Shown here: positions 14,001 to 28,587 of the stretch, in pieces
Layout: each line of letters starts with the position of its first letter
Numbering within the stretch: position 1 is the first letter of the stretch
Assembly (NCBI GenBank): GCA_000004695.1
Contig: CM000150.2
Coordinates: forward strand, 1,600,001-1,664,000
Reading direction: 5' to 3'
From: Dictyostelium discoideum
Taxonomy: Eukaryota
DNA: 64,000 bases
Notes under the pieces: generated by a model
Told to the model about the DNA's origin: nothing
The model's input: the letters and a program-made list of their open reading frames with translations, nothing else
Database searches by the model: none
Made by a program: the position numbers and the translations under genes

Positions 14001-14526
14001 ATGTTGGAGTGTTTTCTTCAATACCAGTATCTAGTAGCATGTCTTGGTCTATTATTTTACGTAATTCAGTACCGAAGAAGCTGTTGCAATCGTGGTTGTT
14101 ATTGAAGTCGCCTGCTATTATTTGATGGTTGATTGAATTATATTTTTTAAACAGTGATTTTGAGTTGATTATGAAGGTGTTTCTTTCAGATATAGTCGCT
14201 GGAGCATAGATCAATAATATGTTGATAGAATTAAAGGAATTGTATTTAATTGATAGTATTCTACCATCATCGTCTTTGAAGTTTATTGATATGTGGCCTT
14301 TTCTTGTATCTCTATTTTCTATTGCTATGCCAGTTCCTTTACCTGAACCATGATCTATTCTTTCAAAGTTGAACATTGTTTTGTGGTGGTTGAATCCATT
14401 GAAATTAGTTTCAGTTAGGAGTGCTAATTGAGTGCCAATTCTTTTTATCGTTTCTTCTGTTTTATTCTTAGCGTTGGTTGATTGATTACCTCTGCAGTTC
14501 CATAGTAATAATTTTAATTGTTCCAT
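11083..14526 (-). CDS. TRE3 ORF2 polyprotein (endonuclease + reverse transcriptase)
   Basis: 1147-aa ORF containing the APE endonuclease region, the RT domain with FADD and the C-terminal Cys/His motif. Confidence 0.8.
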   Translation of the reverse strand: MEQLKLLLWNCRGNQSTNAKNKTEETIKRIGTQLALLTETNFNGFNHHKTMFNFERIDHGSGKGTGIAIENRDTRKGHISINFKDDDGRILSIKYNSFNSINILLIYAPATISERNTFIINSKSLFKKYNSINHQIIAGDFNNNHDCNSFFGTELRKIIDQDMLLDTGIEENTPTFPRSMKRLDRIYCHPTLLNQNSKLVVHNTVFNKSDHFPITISIQTNRETTTTTTTKLERLPWTLCKEILNNKHIHDGLSELISKNKDKIKSVEEWTKFKNNVIRDYLKKEQNKIKKEKNKRKYVIHKLLENSDIIPKMRKELNEEISRILEEERKVKAWDIKLKLHLHQETPSKYLTSILKSRAKDKSIFQIKDKDNKPISDKENIAKRFVEFYQDQYEEKEDNEETHKKLLEKWEVDVDLIKKLEIDRPIRIHEVTKAIKTSSIHKSPGLDGINALFYKYHINSIARILTIAFNDLLTNKKEIPTKFKEGVITTIFKKGDELNISNRRPITLLNTDYKILSKILNSRLLDITSKIINKFQNGFVPNRFIQDNIQIMKEVIEISNKRKNNTLITFYDFNKAFDSISHKSITRTLEHIGIPPKFTAILLNLLKDTKNKIKINDFLVNGITIRRGTKQGDPISPTIFALVLEPLLIDIINDNTIKGFTLPNSKSLKLTAFADDIATFTNSTEELMKINTKIQKYCSATSSSLNKEKTVMIAIGDKPHDLPFQESTVPERYLGLNFTKTGLNSKYNTLIQEMKNNLIKWKSQAITMKAKMTILKTYVLSKLTYHQYMDNLNEEQIEEINNMTRWFLFSSVKNTYTEERKYKTMMKIDRAYADWKEGGIKLWDIELRHIAFKIWYMNRLLHNNYNNNNNTLQEWYMEQLSRKKAHTSTLNDMCRHWGVFRVKFYQNHPKINELPDCIRNDNDEPLKLKEIYELMIKDRHPTPRRTEWQKLWAVRYNTEIPKVFININSISHQKGRNTLFRFFSRSLPGINHERDTRCKICGHLFRDPYSHLFTLCQDILDIEKTIISTVNKLSFIKIHRWSMDTLDISKYNRTERIFPNLIGIIAHQLWKIICHKLFNTDESKPEPKFEQKVIETELLNLIETEKFITLKKIKHDEAILKNTNQDLHKYKFNKAWQTPAAPNPLPI

Positions 14527-15398
14527 TATTTTCTAATACTACTGGCAATTGGAAACTTGGTACCATTGCTTGTAGTAATTTTATTGATAGGTTTTGTAGT
14601 AGTAGTAGTAGTAGTAGTAGTTTTGTTTAGGTTGTAGATTGTTGTATTGCTTGTTGGTAATTGATGTGTGGTTGTTGTTGGTGTGGTTGTTGTTTGTGTG
14701 GTTGTTATTGGTGTGGTTGTTATTGGTGTGGTTGTTGATGTATTAGTTGTTGGTGGAGTTGATGGTATTGATTTAGTTGTATTTGTAGTTGTTGGTTGTT
14801 GGTTTTTATTACTTGTGTTTTTTTTTTTTCTAACATCTCTTATTTCTTTATTGTTATATTCAGAGATGAAGGCTCTTATTGGATGCTTACTACCTTTTAT
14901 AGCATCAATGTTTGTTTTAATGATTGAGATATCATCTTCTTTATTAAATAATAGTATGCATGAATATCTAATCACATCTGGTAGCATTACTATGTTGCAT
15001 TCATCTATTAGTAATGGCTCCAATCCCCAGTTTTCTTTTACCATTTGATTGTTTATTTTTTTTATTATGTTTTTTGTAAATGTGTAAAAGTGGACATAGT
15101 GATATCCTGGGGTGTAAAGTATGAATTTTTGCAGTGGGAAATCTTCATACTTGAAAGTGCTGTAACACTCGTGTAATAATGTGAATTTTTCTTTTAGTAT
15201 TCTACCGAATACTGTTATACCCTTTTGTCTTCTGACAATGTTAAGAGTACCATTAACTATGAAATTATCTATTAATTTTGTTGAATTACTATTTAATTCC
15301 AAGGTATTTGGGTAGAATAACCTTATTTGAATAGTTTTTTTATTTAACTCTTCTTCGCCTAAGTTGAGTTCACCTTTAAGTTTATCGAAAAAATTCAT
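14524..15398 (-). CDS. TRE3 ORF1 (Thr-rich nucleic-acid-binding protein)
   Basis: The true ATG is at minus 15398, since the track's first M is a GTG. The ORF ends in TAA, which overlaps the ORF2 ATG as TAATG. It has a Thr/Pro-rich C-terminus. Confidence 0.7.
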
Positions 15399-15404
15399 TT
15401 TTTG

Positions 15405-15419
15405 GGGAGATCGGTACAC
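15405..15419. repeat. Target-site duplication (right copy, gggagatcggtacac) of the TRE3 insertion
   Basis: Exact 15-bp match to 10864..10878. Confidence 0.7.
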
Positions 15420-15470
15420 GAAGTGGAACACTCTCCATAATTCTGCCCAGATTTACAAATAATTGTAATA

Positions 15471-15487
15471 TCCGAAGTTCGGATTTT
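15471..15487. promoter_or_regulatory. External B box (exB), a palindromic B-box-like element ccgaagttcggattttt downstream of tRNA-Pro
   Basis: It is GTTCGRATT-like and nearly palindromic, and lies 22-38 bp 3' of the tRNA. An extra B box downstream of tRNA genes is an established Dictyostelium feature and a TFIIIC site. The same element recurs at 18418..18434. Confidence 0.6.
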
Positions 15488-15508
15488 TGAAAATTCGTTA
15501 AAAAAACT

Positions 15509-15579
15509 GGGGAGATCCGAGAATCGAACTCAGGACGCTACCACCCAAAGGTAGCATTATACCACTTAACTAATCTCCC
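15509..15579 (-). tRNA. tRNA-Pro (anticodon UGG), 71 nt, no encoded CCA
   Basis: Manual folding gives acceptor GGGAGAT/ATCTCCC, D-arm GTTA..TAAT, anticodon stem CTACC/GGTAG with loop TTTGGGT (U33, anticodon TGG, G37), and T-arm CTGAG-TTCGATT-CTCGG. The discriminator is C. Confidence 0.8.
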
Positions 15580-16015
15580 ATTTTGATATTTTTTTGTGAT
15601 ATATCACCTACAAAAAAATCAAAATTAAAATTTTAAAATTATTATAAACTTTTTTTGATTTTGTAAATAAATTTTAAAATTTGTTAATGTAATTACATTT
15701 AAATTATTAATTTTATTTTATTTTTTCAGTTGAATTAAATTTTATTTAATTTAGCTGGTTTGAGGGCAGCAGCAGCAATTTTAAGATTTGTACGATATCT
15801 TTTAAAAATGATTGATGCTAAAATTACAATTAAAGCAGAACCAACAACTGGGACTATTATTACAACATATAAAAACCATTTTCTTGATGAAGTTGATTCA
15901 CACTCATCACCATTATCAATTGGAGGTGGTGATACTAATACTGAAAAATCCTATATTTATAAATATTTAATTTAATTTATTAATAAACTATAAATACCAC
16001 TATTATTAACTATTA

Positions 16016-17831
16016 TTAATTATTATTACTTACTGGATCAATTAAACATTCATGAATACAATGAGGCATATTTAAACCAACCATTAATGAAGTTGAATTT
16101 TTATAAATTAAAGAAGTTGATAAATAAGAAATTCTATTATCAGATAACATATTTTTTAAGAATCTACCATAAAATATTTTACTATCTTTTGAAATAGTTA
16201 TAATATTTGATGATAATTCATCGGTGGTTATACCATTTGTACCGATTTCAGTCTCATTTCTTATGGTATTTCCACATGAATCAAATTGAGTTTGATTACC
16301 ATTAACATCTGATAAAATTCGTAATTGTAAAAAATTTAAACCACTTTGATATTTATAATTTGATATTGATACTGTTATTTTTATAGAATGTGGGTCAACT
16401 CTAAAATCTACACCTGCAAATGAGTATCTTACTGGTTGATCTTTAATTTCCTCAATTGTATATCTAATTGTACAATTTCTATCTGAAATAAATTGATTAT
16501 AATTTGTGATTTGTTTATTTGATAATGGTGATTTTGTAATTGATGGTGTTGTTGTAGCTGTTGGTGTTGGTGTAGTTGTTGAATTTGTAATAGTAGTAGT
16601 ATAATTCCAATTATTATATAATATATATTCATTTATAATTATACCATTAATATCATACTCTACTAAACTATAAATATTAATTGAATAAGTTACATTTTGA
16701 TTCGATATGATTGAAGACCCATTATTAGTGACTGAAGTTTCAGTATTATTATTACTATTTAATTGAGCAGAACAATCTAAACCGGAATAACCTTGAAAAC
16801 ATTCACAAACACCTGTTGAACTATCACATTTACCTTGACTGATTTTTGTACAATTATTTAAACATTGGTACACTTTTGGGGTATACTTAAATAGATTAAT
16901 ACCCAAAGTGCTTAACCCATTGTTATCTTGAAATGTTATGTTTTTAACACCACTACCCGCTTCAATTGTACATTGAAGTGTATTCCAGACATTTGGGGGC
17001 CCCGAAATTGGATTTTTACAAAGTTTATCACCAATTAATATCTGAGCATTGTTTGTAATATTGCCAAAGTATCCATAAATATTAATTAACCCACCCGTTT
17101 CTTCAGGTGCACTATCACTTGAACTTATAAATAATTTAGAAGATTCACAACCTAATCCCTCGGTTTGTGAATCACATAAACAATCACCTGTGTATACATT
17201 ACAAATACCATGATTTGAACAATTGTATAAACATTCTCTACAAATTACTTTACTACTAATATAGGTGTTATAGGTACAAATGGGATTCTCTTGAACTTGT
17301 ATCACTTTAAAATCTGTACTTGGGTCACATTTTAAATAAAAATTGGTATGTCTATAATTACCTCCTGCTAAACAATCTGTAATACCAAGTTTTTCAGTTA
17401 CATAACCAATATTTAATTGATTACTAGCATAACTAACTATTTCATTCACTGCAAGTGATCCTGCTTTACTACTATCAATACAGGCTCTTTCATTACCACA
17501 TAAACTTATTGGTACTTTACAAAAATTGAATGAAATTGTAGAAGTTCCTCCTATATTATTTGTAAATGCTTGTGAATATGGTGAATTTGCTGGTCGCCTT
17601 TAATTTGAAAAAAAAAAATTAAAAATTAATGAAAAAAAAAATATTGAAAATAAAAAAAAAAAATTAAAATCTGCACTTTTTAACATAAAAATAATTATTT
17701 ATTACTTACAATATCTTTGTTAAATTATAAATTCCTCCAAATACAGTGTTATTATAAATACAATTATCTTGAGATTTTGAAAATTTAATATTAAATAAAA
17801 TAAATAAAATAAAAAATAAATTCTTTTTCAT
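16016..17831 (-). CDS. Secreted cysteine-rich protein with EGF-like modules. Proposed exons are 17831..17710 and 17597..16016.
   Basis: Exon 1 encodes the signal peptide MKKNLFFILFILFNIKFS... A GTAAGT donor follows at minus 17709-17704, then a 112-bp intron and a TTAAAG acceptor. Exon 2 is in phase with the track ORF. EGF-like spacing is seen in CRECLYNCSNHGICNVYTGDCLCDSQTEGLGC and CDSSTGVCECFQGYSGLDC. A Thr-rich stretch lies near the C-terminus. Confidence 0.55.
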
Positions 17832-18417
17832 TCTTTAATACATATTTATTTGTTATTTTCGATAAATATAAAAAAGATAATCTTAAAATAAAAAAATAAA
17901 ATAAAAAATTAAAATAAAGGTAAAAAAATAAAAAATTAAAATAAAAGTTAAAAAAAATCCTCTTTATTTCGAAAAAAACATCATTTTTTTATTATAATAA
18001 AAATAAAAAAAAAATATCAAGATTTTTTTTTTATGTCCTTTCATATGGGAAAAAATTGGTCAAGAATTTTTTTTTTTTTTTTTTTGATATTTTTTTTTTT
18101 TTTTTTTTTTGTGGAAGATTTGTCTGGTATGGATTTTTTCTTTTTTTTTTTTTTTTTTTAAATATTGGTCAGAGTTAAACAATAGTTTTAATTATTAATT
18201 ATAATTTTAAAATGTAGAATCGAGTATGAGAGCTTTCGTCTATAAATGGTTTCATGAACCAATATACAATTGATTACAGAACTTATGAATTATTAATTCC
18301 ATTATGTCTCTATATTCAAAGGTTTTTGAGGTCATTATTTAAAAATTTTTTACCTCATTCAAAATATTCTTTGTGGTCTATGTTAATCTTATTGATTATT
18401 ATTCAATATCTTAAATC

Positions 18418-18434
18418 CGAAGTTCGGATTTTTC
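18418..18434. promoter_or_regulatory. External B box (exB) downstream of the second tRNA-Pro copy
   Basis: Same ccgaagttcggattttt element as at 15471..15487, at the same spacing from the tRNA. Confidence 0.6.
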
Positions 18435-18453
18435 AAAATTCGATAAAAAGAGT

Positions 18454-18524
18454 GGGGAGATCCGAGAATCGAACTCAGGACGCTACCACCCAAAGGTAGC
18501 ATTATACCACTTAACTAATCTCCC
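18454..18524 (-). tRNA. tRNA-Pro (UGG), second copy, identical to the one at 15509..15579
   Basis: Identical 71-nt sequence, including a conserved 3' flank of about 45 bp. Confidence 0.8.
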
Positions 18525-18790
18525 ATTTTGATTTTTTTTGATTCAACACCTTTAAAAAAATAATTAAATACAATTTTATAAACTTTTTTTAAACTTGTTT
18601 ATTTTTTTTAAATTTGTAAATAAATTTTTGTTAAATGTAATTTTAATTAATTTATAATAATTGAAATTATAAATAATTGAAAATTGTAATAAAAAAAAAA
18701 TAAAAAAAAATTTTTAATTTCAATTTTTTTTTTTTTTATTTTTTCGTTTATTTTTTTTTTTTTTTTCACAGCAACAACAAAAATAATAAA

Positions 18791-19297
18791 ATGGCATCAA
18801 AACTTGGATTTGTTCATCAAGCTACACAAAATGTTTTATTTAAACAACCACGTTTCTATTTAGAGGCTTCATCAAAAGGTCAATTTGCTGATTCAATTGT
18901 TGATTTGTCAGGTATTCAACGTTGGAATAATGATAGAAGTAAAATAGGTAATCAATTTTCAAATAGATTCGTTAAACCATCACGTGTTAAATTTTTAAGA
19001 AAGAAACAAGTTCAAAAATATAAATGGGATCACTTTGTTTATGATGTTTGTAAAAATTATGAATTTATTAGAGAAAAGTTTGTATTAATTTCATTCATTC
19101 ATATAAAAAATTATATATATATATATATAATATTATATTAAATTTTAATTCATTTAATTTTATCAATATATTACTATTATAATAAATAATTAATTAATTA
19201 ATTAAAATTTTAAAGTGCAAGAGAAATTTCAAGAGAACCAAACAGATTAGCAAAAATTGAAAGAGCAAATTCATGGTTAGGTGATTATCATCAATAA
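18791..19297 (+). CDS. Small basic hypothetical protein of about 122 aa. Proposed exons are 18791..19077 and 19216..19297.
   Basis: The track ORF 18791..19141 runs into an AT-rich (TA)n region. A GTTTGT donor at 19078 (non-canonical, but GT) and a TAAAG acceptor at 19214-19215 (phase 2) give the in-frame C-terminus N-AREISREPNRLAKIERANSWLGDYHQ*. The first-exon product is Lys/Arg-rich (FVKPSRVKFLRKKQVQKYKW). Confidence 0.4.
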
Positions 19298-19581
19298 CCC
19301 AAAAAAAAGAAAAATAAAAAATAAAAAATTTAAAAATAATCAATTAATTTAGTTAAAAAGGAAAAAGAAACAAAAAAAAAAAAAAAAAAAAAAAAAAACA
19401 AAAAAAAACAAAAGAGAAAGTATATATATATATTTCTCATTATTTTATTTTATTTTATTTTTTATTTTTTTATTTTTAAACAAATAAAGAAATAAAGAAA
19501 TAAAGAAATGGAAAAAAAAAAAAAAAGAAAAAAATTGAAAAAAAAAATAGAAAAAAAAAGATAGTCACTATATTATATTTT

Positions 19582-20155
19582 TTAAATTCTTATTTTACGT
19601 TGTTTTTGTAAATATTGTTTTAATTGTTGTTCTTGTTGTTTTTGTTGTTGATGGCGTTGTTGATATTGTTGTGAAAATGATTTCTTATTTTCAATTAAAG
19701 TGATTGATTTCTCTATTGAATCATTTGATAATTGATTAGAGATATCAGTACAACGATTTTTAATTTTTTCATAATTCTCTTTAATTGATAAAATTGAATT
19801 AAATAAATCATCTTTTTTTAAAGTTGATGATTTTAATCCAATACCAATACCCATTGATTCAATCCTTTTAGCCCATGTTGATTGATCAAATGATAATGAA
19901 GTTATAATTGATGGTAGCGATGATTTCAACACTCCAGATATTGAATTCATATTACCACCATATGAAATTGACAATGAACAATACTTATAAATCCATTGAT
20001 AATCATTTTTAAAATTATTAATATTTATAACATTTTCTAAACTAATTTCATTTTGATTATTACCATTACTACCACTACCACTACTATTTAAAATTATCCA
20101 TTTTTGATTATTACCAAATTTTTCAATTGTATATTTTAAAATTGGTATTATTTCT

Positions 20156-20220
<65 letters not shown>

Positions 20221-21263
20221 ATGATGACCATCGTCAGTATTATCAGTGTTATCACTATTTTCATCATAATGAAATTCGAAAATTATTGGTAAATCTTTTT
20301 TATCTTGATATTTTGAATTTGTATCAACAATGATACAACCATTACTAATTGTTTCAATATTTAAAAAATTTAATAATTTTTCACTATTACTATCAATTAT
20401 TCTTGGCTCTTGATTATTAATGAAACCAACCACATTCCATTTATCTAAATAATCATGAGGAATACCATTACCACCTGGTAAAATTAATTGATCAAATGTA
20501 TTAATTATATTAACATTTGGATCAAATAAAATTTTTTCGAAAAAGTTATCTTTTAAACCATCCAATTGCAAATATTCTTTTCTCCATTTATCTACTCTTT
20601 CAATTTCACTATTTATTTAATTAATTTTTTATATTTTTTATATTTTTTAAAAAATACACATACACACATATGTGGTTATATTAATAATTTTTATTTTTTA
20701 ATTTATATCATAATTTTTTATTTTTGAATTAAAAAAAATTAATTTTTTTCTTACTTTTTAGAATGATTTAAATATTCCCTATTATAAGTTAATTTATTTA
20801 ATGCAGGTATTGATAAATTTTGATCACTAAAATGAATATGAGGGAATAGGGCAGTTTTTAAAATTGGTGTACCAATTAATGGTATAAATGGAATACCACT
20901 TTTATCACGAATACATAATGCTTCTGTGATGCAATAATAATTACAAATTACTAAATCATATCCAATTGATGATAAATAAAATTGATTTAATCTTTGATGA
21001 TAATTATCATCATTTTCAATTGAACTTTTTTTATATAAAATATAATTATTATTATTATTATTGGTTTGTTTTTTAATTTTATTTTTATCATTTATATGAC
21101 ATTTTAAAATATTATTTTCTAATTTATAATGGTCTGTTAAAAATTTTGTATTTTCTTCACAAACTATTAAAATTTTATGACCTCTTTTATTTAATTCATT
21201 TGCTAAAATAATCGATGGTTGAACATCTCCGATAATTCCTATTAAAAAAAATATAATCTTCAT
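19582..21263 (-). CDS. GT1-family (GT-B fold) UDP-glycosyltransferase, sterol/ceramide glucosyltransferase-like. Proposed exons are 21263..20755 and 20608..19582.
   Basis: The N-terminal motif IGIIGDVQP matches the GSRGDVQP signature of GT1 and GT28 N-domains. The C-terminal half has an HHGGAGT-equivalent nucleotide-sugar motif (SYGGNMNSISGVLKSSLPSIITSLSFDQSTWAKRIESMGIG). A GTAAGA donor lies at minus 20754, then a 146-bp intron, and an AAATAG acceptor at 20610-20609 (phase 2). An in-frame tract of 24 His encoded by (ATG)n on plus lies between the two Rossmann halves. Confidence 0.6.
20160..20219. repeat. (ATG)n/(CAT)n trinucleotide repeat encoding a 24-residue poly-His tract in the glycosyltransferase
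   Basis: Directly visible gatgatgatg... Confidence 0.9.
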
Positions 21264-21420
21264 TATTTTTTTTTTTTTATTTTTTATTTTTTTTGATTTC
21301 TTTTTTTTTTTTTTTTGATTTCTTTTTTTTTTTTTTTATTTTTTTATTTTTTTTTGAGTATTTATTATTATGTTTATAAAATAATAATTGGTATTTTTTA
21401 TTTTTTTATTTTTTTGAAGT

Positions 21421-21472
<52 letters not shown>

Positions 21473-22397
21473 TAAAAAAAAAATAAAAAAAATACAAATT
21501 AATACTTTTAAATAATATTATAAGTAATATTTGGATTTGAATTTAATAATATTAAATGTAATAATATTTACAAATTGTTAATATTAAATCCAAAAAAAAA
21601 AAAAAAATTAAATTTAAATTTAAAATTAAAAATTGAAACTATTTAAAAAAATAAACCATTATTATGATAAGTTGATTTTATTTTTTTATTTTTTTTTATA
21701 ATGTTGTTTTTAAAATTTTAACCTTTCTTTTTTTATTATTTATTGTTATTATTATATTTTAATGAATTTTAACCTTTAATTAATTTTTATCTTTAAGATC
21801 TAAAAAAAAAAAAAAAAAAAAAAAAAAATTAAACATTAAAAAGGGTTTTTTTTTATTTTTTTTTTTTTTTTTTATTTTTTTTTTTTATTTTTGGAGAGAG
21901 AAAGAGAGAGGAGATTTAACCCTTTTAAATTTTTTTTATTTTTTTAAATTTTTTTTATTTTTTTACAATTACATTCATGTGTTATATACCATATTCCCCC
22001 TATTTTTATTTTTATTTTTATTTTTTTTTTTTGTATCATCCCATTTTATTATTTTAATTTTTTAGGAGTTAATTAATAAATATCCTAAAATATCGATTTT
22101 TAAATCTTTCATTTTCTTATCGCTAAAGCCATTTTTTTTTTTTTTTTATTTCGTCCACTGGCCAAATTAGTCAGCCTATTGTTTAAAAGATAAAATCCAA
22201 ATTCATAAAATTTTTTTTTTTTTTTTTTTTTTTGCCAACCAATTACACCCGCCCTGTTACTTGCAAATAATTAAAATATGAAAAACCAATAAAAAAAAAA
22301 AATAAAAATAAAAATAAAAATAAACGTTTTTAATTTTATTTTATTTTATTTTTTTATTAATATTATTATTATTATTATTATTATTAAAACATTATAT

Positions 22398-26997
<4,600 letters not shown>

Positions 26998-27022
26998 TGT
27001 CTATTTTGGGAGTTATGATATG

Positions 27023-27064
<42 letters not shown>

Positions 27065-28554
27065 AAAATAAAAAAAAAAAAAAAAAAAAAAGTAACGAAT
27101 CCAAATTGAAATAAAAAAAAAAAAAAAATTGGAAAAATTAAAAAAAAAAAAAAATGAACCCCATATTAATTTTTCATTTTTTTTTTTTTTTAAAGTCCCA
27201 CACTAATTTTTTTTTTTCCAAAGTCCAATTCTAATTTTTCATTTGTGGTATACACAATAAAAAAATAAAATAAAATATATGAAATTTATTATTTTATATC
27301 TATAATTGATCAATCTATCGTTTTTAATTATTACTTTTATTATTTACAATTAAATAATTTTGTATTAATAGCCGATCTTCGCCAACTTTGCCATAAAAAA
27401 TAAAAAATAAAAAATAAAAAATAAAAATAAAAATAAATAAATAATTTTTTTTTTTTTACATTAATTTTAACTTTTGGTGTTTTGAATTTGTTGTGATCTT
27501 TGAAAAATAATAAAAAAAAAAAAAAAAATAATCATAATAATAATAAATATGAAAATAATATAAATTGTGACTAGAAAAACTTCATTAAGAATATTCGTAT
27601 CGACACACTGTGTTGATTAAAAGTTGAAATAAAAAACTAATTATCTTTTTTTTTTTTTTTGATTGAAAAAAACTAGATTAATAATACCTTTTTTAAAATT
27701 ATTTTTATTATAATTTATTGTTAATTTTAGGAAAAAACAATGGGGGGCAAACAAAACATTACCTGCAAATAAGAAAAATAAAAAAAATGAAAAATAAAAT
27801 AATAAAAAAATTCCACATATCTTTTGGTTATTGTAAAAACACTAATTTGTGATTAATTCTTTAAAAAAATATCAAAAAAAAAAGTTTTGGACAAGATTTA
27901 ATTGAATTGGTAACACATCTGAAAAAGCTAAAAATAAAAACTTTTTTTTTTTTTTTTTTTTTTTTTTGAAAAAAACAAAAAAAAAAGAAAAAAATTTTCA
28001 AAAAAACTTATGCACAAAAATGCCCATTTGATTTTTTTTTTTTGATTTTTTTTTCAACACAAATTCCCTTAACTTTCAAGCATGTTATTTTACAATAAAG
28101 TTAAAACATGGTTTTTAATGATTGACGCCATTATGACATAAAGATAAACAGGATGGGGATGAGGTGGTGATTGGTCTGGTTGTTTTAAAAAAATAGATTT
28201 ATGAATAAAATTTGGTTTGTATTAATGCGCAATAATTCATTTGAAAAACAGTTTTCTAAAAAAATAAAAAAAATAAAAAAAATAAAAAAAATGATAAAAA
28301 AAAAAAAATAAAATAATTATTCAATTCACTTGGTTTTATTATTAAATAAAAGAAAAATAGTTATTGATTTTTTTTAAACACTTTTAGTTCTAGTTCAAAA
28401 AAAAAAAAATAAAAAATAAAAATAATAAAAAAATAAAAATAACATTATGATATTAACTGTAAATATTTAAAAAAGCAATCCATAAACAGAATTATCGGTT
28501 TTTTTTTTTTTTTTTTTTTTTTCGCTTTACTGTTGTTGTCAACAAAAAAACTTT

Positions 28555-28587
<33 letters not shown>

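Larger units (their letters stand above)
10879..15404 (-). mobile_element. Full-length tRNA-gene-targeted non-LTR (LINE-like) retrotransposon of the TRE3 type: ORF1 then ORF2 (APE endonuclease + reverse transcriptase + Cys/His motif), a 3' C-module and a poly(A) tail
   Basis: On the minus strand ORF1 (15398..14524) overlaps ORF2 (14526..11083) through TAATG. ORF2 has APE-like endonuclease motifs at its N-terminus (LLWNCRGN...), an RT core (FYDFNKAFDSISH ... AFADDIATF) and a C-terminal CKICGH...C zinc-knuckle-like motif. The element ends in ...ggtctgatcacaggt(A)19 and is flanked by the 15-bp duplication. It lies about 105 bp 3' of a tRNA gene, as established for Dictyostelium TRE3 elements. 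An unusual internal A75 run sits between the ORF2 stop and the 3' module. Confidence 0.8.

Noticed and set aside
14668-15048. Antisense or off-frame ORFs inside the TRE3 element (11936..12169, 12182..12817, 13694..13897, 14668..15048)
   Set aside because: They sit on the strand opposite the retrotransposon ORF1/ORF2 and consist of hydrophobic low-complexity sequence. The sense-strand ORFs have clear EN/RT homology.
18254-18499. Plus-strand ORF overlapping the second tRNA-Pro and its exB
   Set aside because: It overlaps a well-folded tRNA gene on the opposite strand and runs through AT-rich flanks. It shows no homology signal.
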